This document shows, piece after piece, positions 1 through 11,090 of a stretch of DNA of 64,000 nucleotides (position 1 is the first letter of the stretch; each line of letters starts with the position of its first letter). Location: the NCBI GenBank assembly GCA_002727315.1, contig PBWR01000007.1, positions 204,005 to 268,004 of the forward strand, in the 5' to 3' direction. The notes beneath the pieces were generated by a model. That model was not told the origin of the DNA. It did not search any database and was given only the letters and a program-made list of their open reading frames with translations. The stretch comes from Alphaproteobacteria bacterium (lineage in GTDB: Bacteria; Pseudomonadota; Alphaproteobacteria; UBA6615). The translations under genes were made by a program, and so were the position numbers.

Positions 1-377
1 GTTGCATCGGTGAGAACCACCGGGTCGTAGCGCCACACCACGGCGCGTTCGCCGAACTGCCGGGAAATCCGGCGAATATCCCCGATCGCCGTGTCGGGCG
101 GCACAACCGAGCGCTCGAGCGCTCGGGGATGGCCGGTGACGGTGTATTGCACGACGAAGGGGCGGGTGTGGCCGGTGCGCGCCAGTTCGGCCTCGAACGG
201 CCGGGCGTTGCGGGTCCCGAACACAAAATCGCTGCAATCCGCGTCTCGCAGGGACACCTGGAACATTTTTCCGTCCCACACGTTACGCGCCTGGCACGAC
301 CCAGCTATGCGTCTGGCGCGGAACCAATCTCCGTAAAGCGCCGGAACGTCGGTCTTATAGCTGGCCGATATAATCAT
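1..377 (-). CDS. DUF1848 family protein, 5' part only (gene runs off the window edge)
   Basis: Absent from the ORF track because no stop lies in the window. Reverse-strand translation from the ATG (complement of 375-377) gives MIISASYKTDVPALYGDWFRARRIAG...VVWRYDPVVLTDA. This resembles the DUF1848 N-terminus as I remember it, and the frame has strong GC3 bias. Confidence 0.55.
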   Translation of the reverse strand, partial: MIISASYKTDVPALYGDWFRARRIAGSCQARNVWDGKMFQVSLRDADCSDFVFGTRNARPFEAELARTGHTRPFVVQYTVTGHPRALERSVVPPDTAIGDIRRISRQFGERAVVWRYDPVVLTDA

Positions 378-436
378 GGCGGACCCAAAATCGTCTCGAA
401 ATGCCCGAATCATTAAGGATTCCGCCCGAGACTAGC

Positions 437-466
437 GGTTGCACTCGAGTTTGGCCCTTCCTATAT
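437..466 (+). promoter_or_regulatory. Candidate RpoH (sigma32) heat-shock promoter of dnaKJ
   Basis: GGTTGCA-N16-CCTATAT lies about 110 nt upstream of the dnaK ATG. It fits the alphaproteobacterial sigma32 consensus CTTG-N17/18-CYTATNT, with N18 counted from TTG. Confidence 0.5.
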
Positions 467-573
467 GAGCGTCGAACAACTGGCGGTCACAAGGCGGGCC
501 GCCGTGAACGTTGAAGGGGGCCTGATCCGGCGCCGCACGGGCCGGGCATGTCTGCTCCAAAAGCGAGGAAGTT

Positions 574-2520
<1,947 letters not shown>

Positions 2521-2615
2521 CCGGGGCATGGCGGCGCGCGCACGGGTTTCGGCACAAATGCCGCAGACACCGTGCGCACATCCCGCCACATTCGGTGAAG
2601 GGGTGAGGAACGTCG

Positions 2616-3770
2616 ATGGCCGATAAGGATTTCTACCAGACACTGGGTGTCGATCGCGGTGCGGATGGTGCCGCGATCAAGAATGCCTACCGGAAACTCG
2701 CCAAGGAGTTGCATCCCGACCGCAACCCCGACAATGCGGAGGCGGAGCGGCACTTCAAGGAAGTCAATCAGGCCTACGATGTCCTGAAGGATGACGACAA
2801 GCGTGCCGCCTATGACCGGTTCGGCCACGAGGCCTTCCAGGCCGGCGCGGCCGGTGGCGGTCCCGGCGGCGGCGCGGGTGGTTTCGATTTCTCGGGCGGC
2901 GGATTCGCGGACATCTTCGACGAGATGTTCGGCGAGTTCATGGGCGGCCGCGGCGGTGGACGCCGCCAGGCCAGCACCCGCGGATCGGACCTTCGCTACA
3001 ATCTCGATGTCGGCCTCGAGGAGGCTTTCTCCGGCAAGCAGACAAAGGTTCGGGTCAACGCCTCCGCGGCGTGTGATTCCTGCCACGGGTCGGGCGCATC
3101 GGGCGGCGCGGAACCGGTCGCGTGTCCGTCCTGCCAGGGCGCGGGCAAGGTCCGGGCGCAGCAGGGTTTTTTCACGGTGGAGCGCACCTGTCCGTCATGC
3201 CACGGCGCGGGACGGGTGATCGACAATCCGTGCGATGCCTGCGGCGGTGCCGGGCGGACGAACAAGGAAAAGACATTGTCGGTCAACGTACCGGCCGGGA
3301 TCGAGGATGGCACGCGGATCCGCGTCGCCGGCGAAGGCGAGGCCGGCCTGCGCGGCGGCCCGCCGGGCGATCTGTACATCTTCGTGACGATCCGCCCGCA
3401 CCGTTTTTTCCGGCGCGACAGTTCGGACATTCACTGCCGGGTGCCGATCCCCATGACCACGGCGGCGCTGGGTGGCTCGATCGAGGTGCCGATCATCGAT
3501 GGCGCGCGCGCCCGGGTGAACATCCCGGCCGGCACCCAGACCGGACAGCAGTTCCGCCTGCGCGGCAAGGGCATGTCGGTTCTGCGCGCCAGCTCGCACG
3601 GCGATATGTATGTGCAGGCCCAGATCGAAACCCCGGTCAACCTGACCAAGGACCAGCGTGATCTGCTGAAGCAGTTCGCCGATGCCGGTGGCGGGTCGAC
3701 CAAGCACAGCCCCGAATCCGAAGGCTTCTTCACCAAGGTGAAGGAGTTCTGGGACGACCTGAAGGACTAG
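2616..3770 (+). CDS. dnaJ: Co-chaperone DnaJ
   Basis: 384 aa. J domain with HPD (KELHPDRNP), a Gly-rich linker and four CxxCxGxG zinc-finger repeats. Confidence 0.97.
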   Translation: MADKDFYQTLGVDRGADGAAIKNAYRKLAKELHPDRNPDNAEAERHFKEVNQAYDVLKDDDKRAAYDRFGHEAFQAGAAGGGPGGGAGGFDFSGGGFADIFDEMFGEFMGGRGGGRRQASTRGSDLRYNLDVGLEEAFSGKQTKVRVNASAACDSCHGSGASGGAEPVACPSCQGAGKVRAQQGFFTVERTCPSCHGAGRVIDNPCDACGGAGRTNKEKTLSVNVPAGIEDGTRIRVAGEGEAGLRGGPPGDLYIFVTIRPHRFFRRDSSDIHCRVPIPMTTAALGGSIEVPIIDGARARVNIPAGTQTGQQFRLRGKGMSVLRASSHGDMYVQAQIETPVNLTKDQRDLLKQFADAGGGSTKHSPESEGFFTKVKEFWDDLKD

Positions 3771-3853
3771 CGCAACGCTGCGTGTTTGCGAACGCGCACG
3801 AAATGCTATGTTCCCCGCAGTTCCGGGCACCTTACCCGTAGGGGTAGTCAAAA

Positions 3854-4672
3854 ATGGCAGATCAGCGAAAGATTGGAATTGTCGGTGCCGGCGGGCGCAT
3901 GGGCCAGATGCTAGCGCGCATTGTCGCCGAGACGGAGGGCTGCGTGCTGGCCGGCGCCAGCGAGGTTTCCGGCTCGCCGCATATCGGCGCCGACCCCGGC
4001 GTGCTGGCCGGGTCGGGCGAGACCGGCGTGGCGATTTCGGACGGTGCGGCGGGCGTGTTCGGCGCGGTCGATGCGGTGATTGATTTCACCGCCCCCGATG
4101 CGACCGCGTCTCATGCGGCGCTTGCGGCCGAGGCCGGCTGCGCATTCGTGGCGGGAACCACCGGGCTGGAAGACAGCCATCGCGCGGCACTCGACGCAGC
4201 GGCGAAGAGCGTGCCTGTCGTCTGGGCATCGAACATGTCGAGCGGCGTGAACCTGCTGTTCGCCATCACCGAGCAGGTGGCCCGGGCGCTCGATCCCGAT
4301 TTCGACATCGAAATCGTCGAGATGCATCACAAGCACAAGGTCGACGCCCCGTCGGGCACGGCGCTGAGCCTGGGTGAAGCGGCCGCGCGCGGGCGCGGTG
4401 TCGATTTCGATTCCGCGAAAATCCTGTCGCGCGAAGGCATCACCGGTGCACGCGAGCGGGGCGCCATCGGGTTTGCGACCCTGCGCGGCGGCGACGTTGT
4501 GGGCGAGCACACCGTCGTGTTTGCCGGGGCCGGAGAGCGCATCGAACTAACCCACCGGGCGACCGATCGCGCCATCTTTGCGCGCGGTGCGGTGCGCGCC
4601 GCCATGTGGACGGCCGGCCAGGCGCCGGGTATTTACGCGATGCCGGATGTGTTGGGGCTAGGCGCGGCCTAG
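3854..4672 (+). CDS. dapB: 4-hydroxy-tetrahydrodipicolinate reductase
   Basis: 272 aa. N-terminal GxxGxxG (IVGAGGRMG) and the E(M)HHxxKxDAPSGTA catalytic motif. Confidence 0.93.
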   Translation: MADQRKIGIVGAGGRMGQMLARIVAETEGCVLAGASEVSGSPHIGADPGVLAGSGETGVAISDGAAGVFGAVDAVIDFTAPDATASHAALAAEAGCAFVAGTTGLEDSHRAALDAAAKSVPVVWASNMSSGVNLLFAITEQVARALDPDFDIEIVEMHHKHKVDAPSGTALSLGEAAARGRGVDFDSAKILSREGITGARERGAIGFATLRGGDVVGEHTVVFAGAGERIELTHRATDRAIFARGAVRAAMWTAGQAPGIYAMPDVLGLGAA

Positions 4673-5154
4673 GCGCGCGGCACCCACAGCTTTCGCAATG
4701 CCGCCCGCAGCGCCTCGGCCAGGTCGCCGCGCTCCTCGGACGTCAGAAACTCGCCGACTTTCACCGACTTTCCGTGGCTGGCGAGCCGCAGCTCGTTGTC
4801 GCCGCCCTGGCGCGGGCTGAGCTCGACTGCCAGCCAGTGGGGCGGTGCGAACCGGTGTTCGCTGGGATCACCTGATGGCAGGACGCGCGCGACCGTCATG
4901 GCGTCCTCGGTCAGTTGCAGCCGTTCGAACCGCCGGCCGTCTCGGGCGGTGGCCCGGAAGGCCCACCAGAAGAGCAGGATTTCGCACCCGAAGAAGGGCA
5001 GGACCGGCCAAGCGCCGGCGATGGCGAAGAACAGTCCGACCAGCATCAGGGTGCCGGCCAGTGCGAACAGCACAATCCGGACGCCGCGCGGGCTCAGGCT
5101 GCGGTGCGGATACAGGACCGCGTCGAAGATCGGTTCGGCCGGTGCGTGGTTCAT
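4669..5154 (-). CDS. DUF2244-like integral membrane protein
   Basis: 161 aa. Two adjacent TM helices (VLFALAGTLMLVGLFFAI, LPFFGCEILLFWWAF) followed by a soluble domain, which resembles the DUF2244 family layout. Its stop overlaps the dapB stop at a CTAG. Confidence 0.6.
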   Translation of the reverse strand: MNHAPAEPIFDAVLYPHRSLSPRGVRIVLFALAGTLMLVGLFFAIAGAWPVLPFFGCEILLFWWAFRATARDGRRFERLQLTEDAMTVARVLPSGDPSEHRFAPPHWLAVELSPRQGGDNELRLASHGKSVKVGEFLTSEERGDLAEALRAALRKLWVPRA

Positions 5155-5266
5155 GGCCGGATTTTAGGCCACGTGGCGAAGTGCGGGAAGATGCGCTTTG
5201 TCGCACTGTCGGCTTTGTGATCGGCGGCTGCCCAGCGGGCGCGAAACGCGTTAGGTTTGGTGTGTC

Positions 5267-5911
5267 ATGGCACGCATGAAGAAAGACGATATCGACGCGT
5301 TCTTCCACCGGCTGTCGGCGGCGGACCCGCACCCGACCACGGAACTGAACTACCGGAATGTCTACACGCTTCTGGTCGCGGTCGTGTTGTCGGCCCAGGC
5401 CACCGATGTGGGCGTCAACAAGGCGACGGCCAAACTGTTCAAGACCGTCGAAACGCCGGCCAAGATGGTCGCCCTGGGCGAGGATGCGCTGATCCAGCAC
5501 ATCCGGACCATCGGCCTGTTCCGCAACAAGGCCAAGAACGTGATCGCGCTGAGTGAACGGCTGCTGGCCGAACATGGCGGCAAGGTGCCGGCCGATCGCG
5601 CAGCCCTGGAGGCGTTGCCGGGGGTCGGGCGCAAGACGGCGAACGTGGTCCTGAACACGGCCTTCGGCGAGCCGACCATTGCCGTCGACACCCATATCTT
5701 CCGTCTCTCGAATCGCACCGGCCTGGCGCCCGGCAAGGATGTGCGCGCGGTCGAGGACGCGCTGCTCAAGCGTGTGCCCGAGGCGTATCGCCGCCACGCC
5801 CATCACTGGCTCATCCTGCACGGCCGTTATGTCTGCAGGGCGCGCAAGCCCGATTGCGGGTCGTGCGTGGTAATGGATTTGTGTGGCTACAAGGCCAAGG
5901 TCACCGCGTGA
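5267..5911 (+). CDS. nth: Endonuclease III (DNA glycosylase/AP lyase)
   Basis: 214 aa. HhH-GPD motif (LPGVGRKTANVVL) and a C-terminal 4Fe-4S loop, CxxxxxxCxxCxxxxxC. Confidence 0.93.
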   Translation: MARMKKDDIDAFFHRLSAADPHPTTELNYRNVYTLLVAVVLSAQATDVGVNKATAKLFKTVETPAKMVALGEDALIQHIRTIGLFRNKAKNVIALSERLLAEHGGKVPADRAALEALPGVGRKTANVVLNTAFGEPTIAVDTHIFRLSNRTGLAPGKDVRAVEDALLKRVPEAYRRHAHHWLILHGRYVCRARKPDCGSCVVMDLCGYKAKVTA

Positions 5912-5923
5912 GCCGGTGGCCGG

Positions 5924-6346
5924 TTAGGATGTGAACCGGGCCACGCAGTCATCGGCCTGGTCGCCGTCCAGGCGGCCGGCGCTGGTGCGGGCCTCGGCGT
6001 GGGTCGCCTGACGGACACCGTCACGGGAATAGATGAACACGTGCAGCACGCAGCTTGCGTTGTTGTAGATCCGAAACTCGCCATCGCCCTCGATGCGAAC
6101 CAGGTCGGGTTCGCCAAGCAGGCCGTCGATCCGGGTGGCGGGCTGGCCCAGAAGGTCGGCCATCGCCAGTTTGGGCGCCGCCGGCGGGGCCGGCTGGGTG
6201 CGCCGCGCCACGGCCGGTGCGGATTGCGCCGGTGGCGGTGCTGTCGTGGATTGCGGTTGTGCGGGCGGGGGCGTGCGCGCGCCCGCGCCCGCGCACGCTG
6301 CCAGCGCCAGTGCGGCGACCAGCGTCAAACCGCCGCGAACGATCAC
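5924..6346 (-). CDS. Proline-rich lipoprotein, function unknown
   Basis: 140 aa with a GTG start. Signal peptide with lipobox LALAAC, a Pro/Ala/Gln-rich linker, then a small globular C-terminal domain. Confidence 0.6.
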   Translation of the reverse strand: MIVRGGLTLVAALALAACAGAGARTPPPAQPQSTTAPPPAQSAPAVARRTQPAPPAAPKLAMADLLGQPATRIDGLLGEPDLVRIEGDGEFRIYNNASCVLHVFIYSRDGVRQATHAEARTSAGRLDGDQADDCVARFTS

Positions 6347-6350
6347 GGGA

Positions 6351-6479
6351 TCAGGCCGAGAAGACGAAAACCGTCATCAGGACGGTGATGCCGGCCCCGG
6401 TCAGCAAGGCGAACCGCGAGGGGCTTTCGCCGGTGTGAGCACCGCCGTTTTGAGCCAGCCTATTGATGAATCGTAACAT
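6351..6479 (-). CDS. Candidate unannotated 42-aa tail-anchored membrane peptide
   Basis: Below the ORF-track length cutoff. Sequence MLRFINRLAQNGGAHTGESPSRFALLTGAGITVLMTVFVFSA, with a very high G/C third-position bias over the last 28 codons. The ATG overlaps the bactofilin 3' end and the stop lies 4 nt before the lipoprotein GTG. Confidence 0.35.
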   Translation of the reverse strand: MLRFINRLAQNGGAHTGESPSRFALLTGAGITVLMTVFVFSA

Positions 6480-6927
6480 CGCCATGAACTTCTCCGCCGT
6501 TTTCGATTTCAAGGCGTCCGTAGGAAACCTTGCCGGTTACTTTTCCTGATGCCGTGATCCAGAGCGCGTGCGCCACGTCGAGCTCGCCGTCAAATCGCCC
6601 GCTGATCACGGCTGTCTGGACTTTCGCGCTGCCGAAGAATCGACCGCCGCGGGAAATTTCCAGCGCCCGCGCACTTGCCAGCGTTGCATCGATGCGCCCC
6701 TCGACGATGAGTGAATCGCACTCGGTGATATCGCCTTTCAGGGAGATGTCCCGGCCCACGGTCAGGGTTTTGCTGTCCTGCTGCGGGCCCATGCGCGGTT
6801 CGCTCTCTTCGGGGTGCTCGCCATGGTTCGAAAGGTTGGGAACGTCCGTTGCCCGATCGGGCTGCCGGTCGAGGAAACTCAGGTCGAGATCCGGCCGGTC
6901 TTCGGTGGCTTTGGTGTCCGCGCTCAT
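6460..6927 (-). CDS. Bactofilin (polymer-forming cytoskeletal protein)
   Basis: 155 aa. Disordered acidic N-terminus, then the repetitive beta-helical bactofilin core (ISLKGDITECDSLIVEGRIDA...GKVTGKVSYGRLEIENGGEVHGDV). Confidence 0.85.
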   Translation of the reverse strand: MSADTKATEDRPDLDLSFLDRQPDRATDVPNLSNHGEHPEESEPRMGPQQDSKTLTVGRDISLKGDITECDSLIVEGRIDATLASARALEISRGGRFFGSAKVQTAVISGRFDGELDVAHALWITASGKVTGKVSYGRLEIENGGEVHGDVTIHQ

Positions 6928-7076
6928 GTCTGCGCCCCCATTTTTGACCCCAGAATCGCCAATCGGGCGTCGGCACCAAGGCCCACACCCGAGATTATTG
7001 ACACCCTCAGATGCTTGGATAGCGCATTTAGAGCAAAATATCTATAACGTTTATTAGGCCATTGTTATTGCTGTAA

Positions 7077-7760
7077 TTATGTAGATTCGTGGTCGCGCTT
7101 TGCCTCGAAAACGTGCAGCGTCATCGCTGTTCCGAACAGGGGCAGCAGCAGGTTCACGATCGGAATGGTCGCCACGACCGCCAGCGCCAGGCCGGGAAGA
7201 AATACCGATCCGCGCTTCGACTTCCGGAAATTCGTGAGTTCCTGGGGGCTCATGCGGCGGAATCCCACCATTTCCAAGTATTCCCGGCCTAACAGATAGC
7301 CGTTCACGGCCCAGGCAATGGCCATGTACAGGGGCCCGAGCCAGAACAGGGTCAGCAGCAGAAGATTGGCCGCGACCAGGAAAACCGCGAACTTGAGGCC
7401 CGTCATCATCGCTTCGATGATGGTTTGATCACGTGGCGGTGCAAGATGGGGATAGTGCTTCGCCTCGACCGCGCGGCAGATCGCCTCGATATAAAGGCTC
7501 GCATAGATGCCCAGGAACGCCGGCAACAGCAGGATCAGCAGCACGACCGCGGCGATTCCACCCAAAAGGTCGACGGCGGTCTCGATCCAGGTGCCGAATA
7601 TCCAGAACTCGCCGATGAATTCGGTGTGGTTCAGGCCCCAGCGAATGGCGAACCAAAGGATGATCGCCGTTGCCAGGCTGAGGGCGGTGCACTGCAGCAG
7701 GATCGAGCGAAATCGCGGGCTACCAAGATCGTTGAGGGCTCTGAAGAATGCGGGAATCAT
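7077..7760 (-). CDS. EI24/CysZ-like family membrane protein
   Basis: 227 aa with 4-5 TM segments. The N-terminus MIPAFFRALNDLGSPRF and overall layout resemble the CysZ/EI24 (DUF540-type) family. Confidence 0.65.
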   Translation of the reverse strand: MIPAFFRALNDLGSPRFRSILLQCTALSLATAIILWFAIRWGLNHTEFIGEFWIFGTWIETAVDLLGGIAAVVLLILLLPAFLGIYASLYIEAICRAVEAKHYPHLAPPRDQTIIEAMMTGLKFAVFLVAANLLLLTLFWLGPLYMAIAWAVNGYLLGREYLEMVGFRRMSPQELTNFRKSKRGSVFLPGLALAVVATIPIVNLLLPLFGTAMTLHVFEAKRDHEST

Positions 7761-7894
7761 GCCTTTCCTCTTAGTGGTTGGGGGCTTGGAACACCACGGA
7801 AAATGCTGAAATTCTGCGGACCTCGCCGATTGCCAGCGCGCCCGGCCTCGCTATACTCGCGCGCGTTATTCAGCCCCAGCCCCCCGGAGTTTTC

Positions 7895-8905
7895 ATGACC
7901 GATTCTGCCGCCCCGCAACAGGAGCTCGATGTGGTGTGCATCGGCAACGCGATTGTCGATGTCCTCGCTCAGACCGACGATTCGGTTCTGGATGCCCATG
8001 GGATGGTGAAGGGCACCATGGCTCTGATCGACGAGGACCAGGCGAAGATTCTTTATAAAGCCATGCCGCAAGGGATCGAGACATCGGGCGGTTCTGCGGC
8101 GAACACCGCGGCCGGGCTCGCCTCCCTGGGCGCGCGGTGCGCGTTCATCGGCAAGGTGCGTGACGACCAGCTTGGCGACATCTTCGTCCACGATATTCGC
8201 GCTGTCGGGGCGGAGTTCATCACCCCGGCCGCGACCGCGGGCCCGCCGACGGCGCGATGCTTGGTTATGATCACACCGGATGCACAGCGCACCATGAACA
8301 CGTTTCTGGGCGCGAGCGTGAACCTCGACCCGGACGACATAGACGGTGATCTCGTGCAGCGCGCGCAGGTGATCTATCTGGAGGGTTATCTGTGGGACCG
8401 GGACGAGGCGAAGGCCGCCTTCCTCAAGGCCGCCGCGCTTGCCGCCGCGGCCGGCCGGCTGGTCTCGCTCAGCCTGTCCGACCCGTTCTGTGTCGAGCGT
8501 CATCGGGATTCGTTCCGCACCTTCGTCACCGATCATGTCGACGTCCTGTTTGCCAATGAAGACGAGATCACGTCCCTCTATCAGGTCGAAAATTTCGACG
8601 ATGCCCTCCAGCATGTGCGCGAGGATTGCCGCATCGCGGCCCTGACGCGCTCGGAAAAGGGCGCGGTCGTGGTGGCCGGTGACGAGGTCCACGTGGTCGA
8701 CGCCAACCCTGTGGAGGCGGTGATCGATACGACCGGAGCCGGCGACCAGTTCGCAGCGGGCTTTCTGCGCGGCCTGACCAGGGGCCGTGATTTCGCGACC
8801 TGCGCTCGCCTCGGCGCGATGACCGCGGCGGAAGTCATTGGCCATGTCGGCCCGCGCCCACTGGTCAGCCTATCCGAGCTCGCCGCGCAGAACGGCCTGG
8901 CCTGA
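7895..8905 (+). CDS. Adenosine kinase (PfkB family)
   Basis: Start moved to the ATG at 7895, which follows GGAG at 7886-7889. Motifs VVCIGNAIVD, GGSAANTA and the C-terminal DTTGAGDQFAAGFL PfkB signature. Confidence 0.85.
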   Translation: MTDSAAPQQELDVVCIGNAIVDVLAQTDDSVLDAHGMVKGTMALIDEDQAKILYKAMPQGIETSGGSAANTAAGLASLGARCAFIGKVRDDQLGDIFVHDIRAVGAEFITPAATAGPPTARCLVMITPDAQRTMNTFLGASVNLDPDDIDGDLVQRAQVIYLEGYLWDRDEAKAAFLKAAALAAAAGRLVSLSLSDPFCVERHRDSFRTFVTDHVDVLFANEDEITSLYQVENFDDALQHVREDCRIAALTRSEKGAVVVAGDEVHVVDANPVEAVIDTTGAGDQFAAGFLRGLTRGRDFATCARLGAMTAAEVIGHVGPRPLVSLSELAAQNGLA

Positions 8906-8911
8906 CGGCGG

Positions 8912-9133
8912 GTGTCCCTTCTCGCGATCAAGCTGATTGCCGTTGCGGCAATCTTCGCCACGGCGATCCTGGGCTGCCTGGCTGCGTTTGGGACGAGCTG
9001 GTCGCGGCATGCGGAGCGGTTGTTTGCGCTCGGGTCTCTGTTCGGTGCCGGCGTGTTTCTCGGGCCCGGGCTGATCCACGTCCTGCCGGACTCGGTCGCC
9101 ATGTTCGGGGCCCTCGTCGCGCTGAGGCTCTAG
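8912..9133 (+). pseudogene. Truncated ZIP-family metal transporter (N-terminal 73 aa only)
   Basis: MSLLAIKLIAVAAIFATAILGCL...FGAGVFLGPGLIHVLPDS matches TM1-TM2 of ZIP/GufA-type transporters. Those run roughly 250-300 aa. This frame stops after 73 aa, 4 nt from the convergent SBP gene. Confidence 0.45.
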
Positions 9134-9137
9134 TGCG

Positions 9138-10973
9138 CTAGTTCCGTTCGGCGTCGCGGCTCCAGAGCGTCTCGAGCCGCAATCCGTAGACGGGCACGGT
9201 CGGGGGTCGTCCGATCCGCGACCAGTAGGCAATCCGCTGTCCGGCATCGTGATAGAGCGGCAGGACATAGTGGTTCCACATCAACACCCGGTCGAGCGCC
9301 CGGGCGGCCGCGACGAGCTGTTCGCGCGTCCGCGCGGCCCCCAGCGCCTCGATCAGGCCATCGACTGCCGGGTCGGCGACTCCGGCCCAGTTCCGCCCGC
9401 CCGGCTGATCGGCGGTTTGCGAACTCCAGTAGTTCTGCTGTTCGTTGCCAGGTGACAGGGTCACGCCCCAGAAACCGAAGACCATGTCGAAATCGTAACT
9501 GTCGATCAGGCCCTGGAACTGTGCGGATTCGACCAGACGCACGGATGTCTGGATTCCCAAGCGCTTCAGGTTGCGCACGAAGGCAAGCGCGATGCGCTGG
9601 TTCGAGGGCCGGCGTATGACGATCTCGATGCGCAGGGGCCGGCCGGACGCATCCTTGAGCACCCCGTCCCCGATGGTCCAGCCGGCTTCAGCCAGGAGGG
9701 TCGCCGCCCGCTTGAGGTTGGTGCGGGGCCGCCCCGATCCGTCCGTGGCAGGGGGCCGGTAGGGCGGCCCGAAGACGGTGTCGGGCACCGTGCCTCGCAG
9801 TGGTTCCAGCAGCGCCAGTTCGTCGCCCTCCGGTGGCCCGGCCGGCGCCATGTCGGAGCCCGAGAACATGCTCGCCGTGCGCACATAACCGCCGTGCAGG
9901 AGGGTGCGGTTAATCCACTCGAAGTCGAACGCCAGCGTGATGGCCTCGCGGACGCGCACATCGTGGAACTTGTCGCGCCGAAGGTTGAATGTGAGCGCGC
10001 TCAGGCCGGACGGCAGACCGGTCTCGAGGATGTCGAGCTCGACGGCGCCGGAGGCGAGGGCCGGAAACTCGTACTGGGTCGCCCAGCGCGTGGCATCGCC
10101 TTCGAACCGGAAATCATAGTCTCCGGACTTGAAGGCCTCGAGGGCGACTGAAGAATCACGGAAATAGTCGAACCGGACTTCATCGAAATTGTACTGCCCG
10201 CGGTTCACCGCCAGATCGCGGCCCCAGTATTCAGGATTCCTCTGGTAGATGATGCCGCGCCCGGGATCGACGCCGGCAATGGTGTAGGGGCCACTGGCCA
10301 GGGGTGGCTCCAGGGTGGTCGCGTCGAACGCACGGTCGGTCCACCAATCCTTCGACAGGATCGGCAGGAAGCCCGCGACCAGCAGCGGCAATTCCCGGTC
10401 CTTGTTGTCCTTGAACGTAAACCGGACGCGGCGTGGACCGGTCTCGGAGACGTCGGCGACGCGTGACCAGGTGGCGCGTGCGTTGGGTCGGCCCCGTGCC
10501 TTGAGGGTTTCCCAGCTGAAGATGACATCCGCGACCGTGACTGGAGCCCCGTTTGAGAAACGGGCTTCCGCGCGCAGGGTGAATTCAACCCAGCCGCGGT
10601 CATCGGGCATATCGATCGTCTCAGCCAGTAACCCGTAGAGGGAGAAGGGCTCGTCGCGGCTGCGCTTGGCCAGGGTTTCGAAATAGATGCCGAAGCCGTT
10701 GTGGACGCCGGCCGCGGGTTTGCCCTTCACGATATAGGGGTTGAGGGAATCGAACGAACCGATGGCGTGGAGGCGGAACGTGCCGCCACGCGGCGCGTCG
10801 GGTTCGACATAATCGAAATGGGAAAAACCTTCGGCATATTTGGGTGTGCCGAGCATCGAGATGGCATGCCTGGGCTCGGCTGCCGCCGGCACGGACATGG
10901 CGCCGAGGAGGACCAGCGCGGCGGTGAATGTCCGGATGGTATTTGGCGGGCGTCGGAATTCACGCATGGGCAA
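9138..10973 (-). CDS. ABC transporter substrate-binding protein, family 5 (YejA/OppA-like), orphan
   Basis: 611 aa. Signal peptide (TAALVLLGAMSVPAAA) and a family-5 SBP body. No permease or ATPase genes are adjacent. Confidence 0.85.
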   Translation of the reverse strand: MPMREFRRPPNTIRTFTAALVLLGAMSVPAAAEPRHAISMLGTPKYAEGFSHFDYVEPDAPRGGTFRLHAIGSFDSLNPYIVKGKPAAGVHNGFGIYFETLAKRSRDEPFSLYGLLAETIDMPDDRGWVEFTLRAEARFSNGAPVTVADVIFSWETLKARGRPNARATWSRVADVSETGPRRVRFTFKDNKDRELPLLVAGFLPILSKDWWTDRAFDATTLEPPLASGPYTIAGVDPGRGIIYQRNPEYWGRDLAVNRGQYNFDEVRFDYFRDSSVALEAFKSGDYDFRFEGDATRWATQYEFPALASGAVELDILETGLPSGLSALTFNLRRDKFHDVRVREAITLAFDFEWINRTLLHGGYVRTASMFSGSDMAPAGPPEGDELALLEPLRGTVPDTVFGPPYRPPATDGSGRPRTNLKRAATLLAEAGWTIGDGVLKDASGRPLRIEIVIRRPSNQRIALAFVRNLKRLGIQTSVRLVESAQFQGLIDSYDFDMVFGFWGVTLSPGNEQQNYWSSQTADQPGGRNWAGVADPAVDGLIEALGAARTREQLVAAARALDRVLMWNHYVLPLYHDAGQRIAYWSRIGRPPTVPVYGLRLETLWSRDAERN

Positions 10974-11090
10974 ATCGATCTTTACAGCGGATGGGCGATC
11001 GCGACCCCAAATATACTCTGCCCATTGAGTCGATACCGAGGCAGAACACCCGACTCGAAATCGCGGTGTTCGACAGCGTGACCAGGCCGC

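Noticed and set aside
91-416. Two overlapping plus-strand ORFs (81 and 95 aa) at the window start
   Set aside because: The reverse strand here reads as the N-terminus of a DUF1848-like protein with a proper ATG and GC3 bias. The plus-strand ORFs are its shadows.
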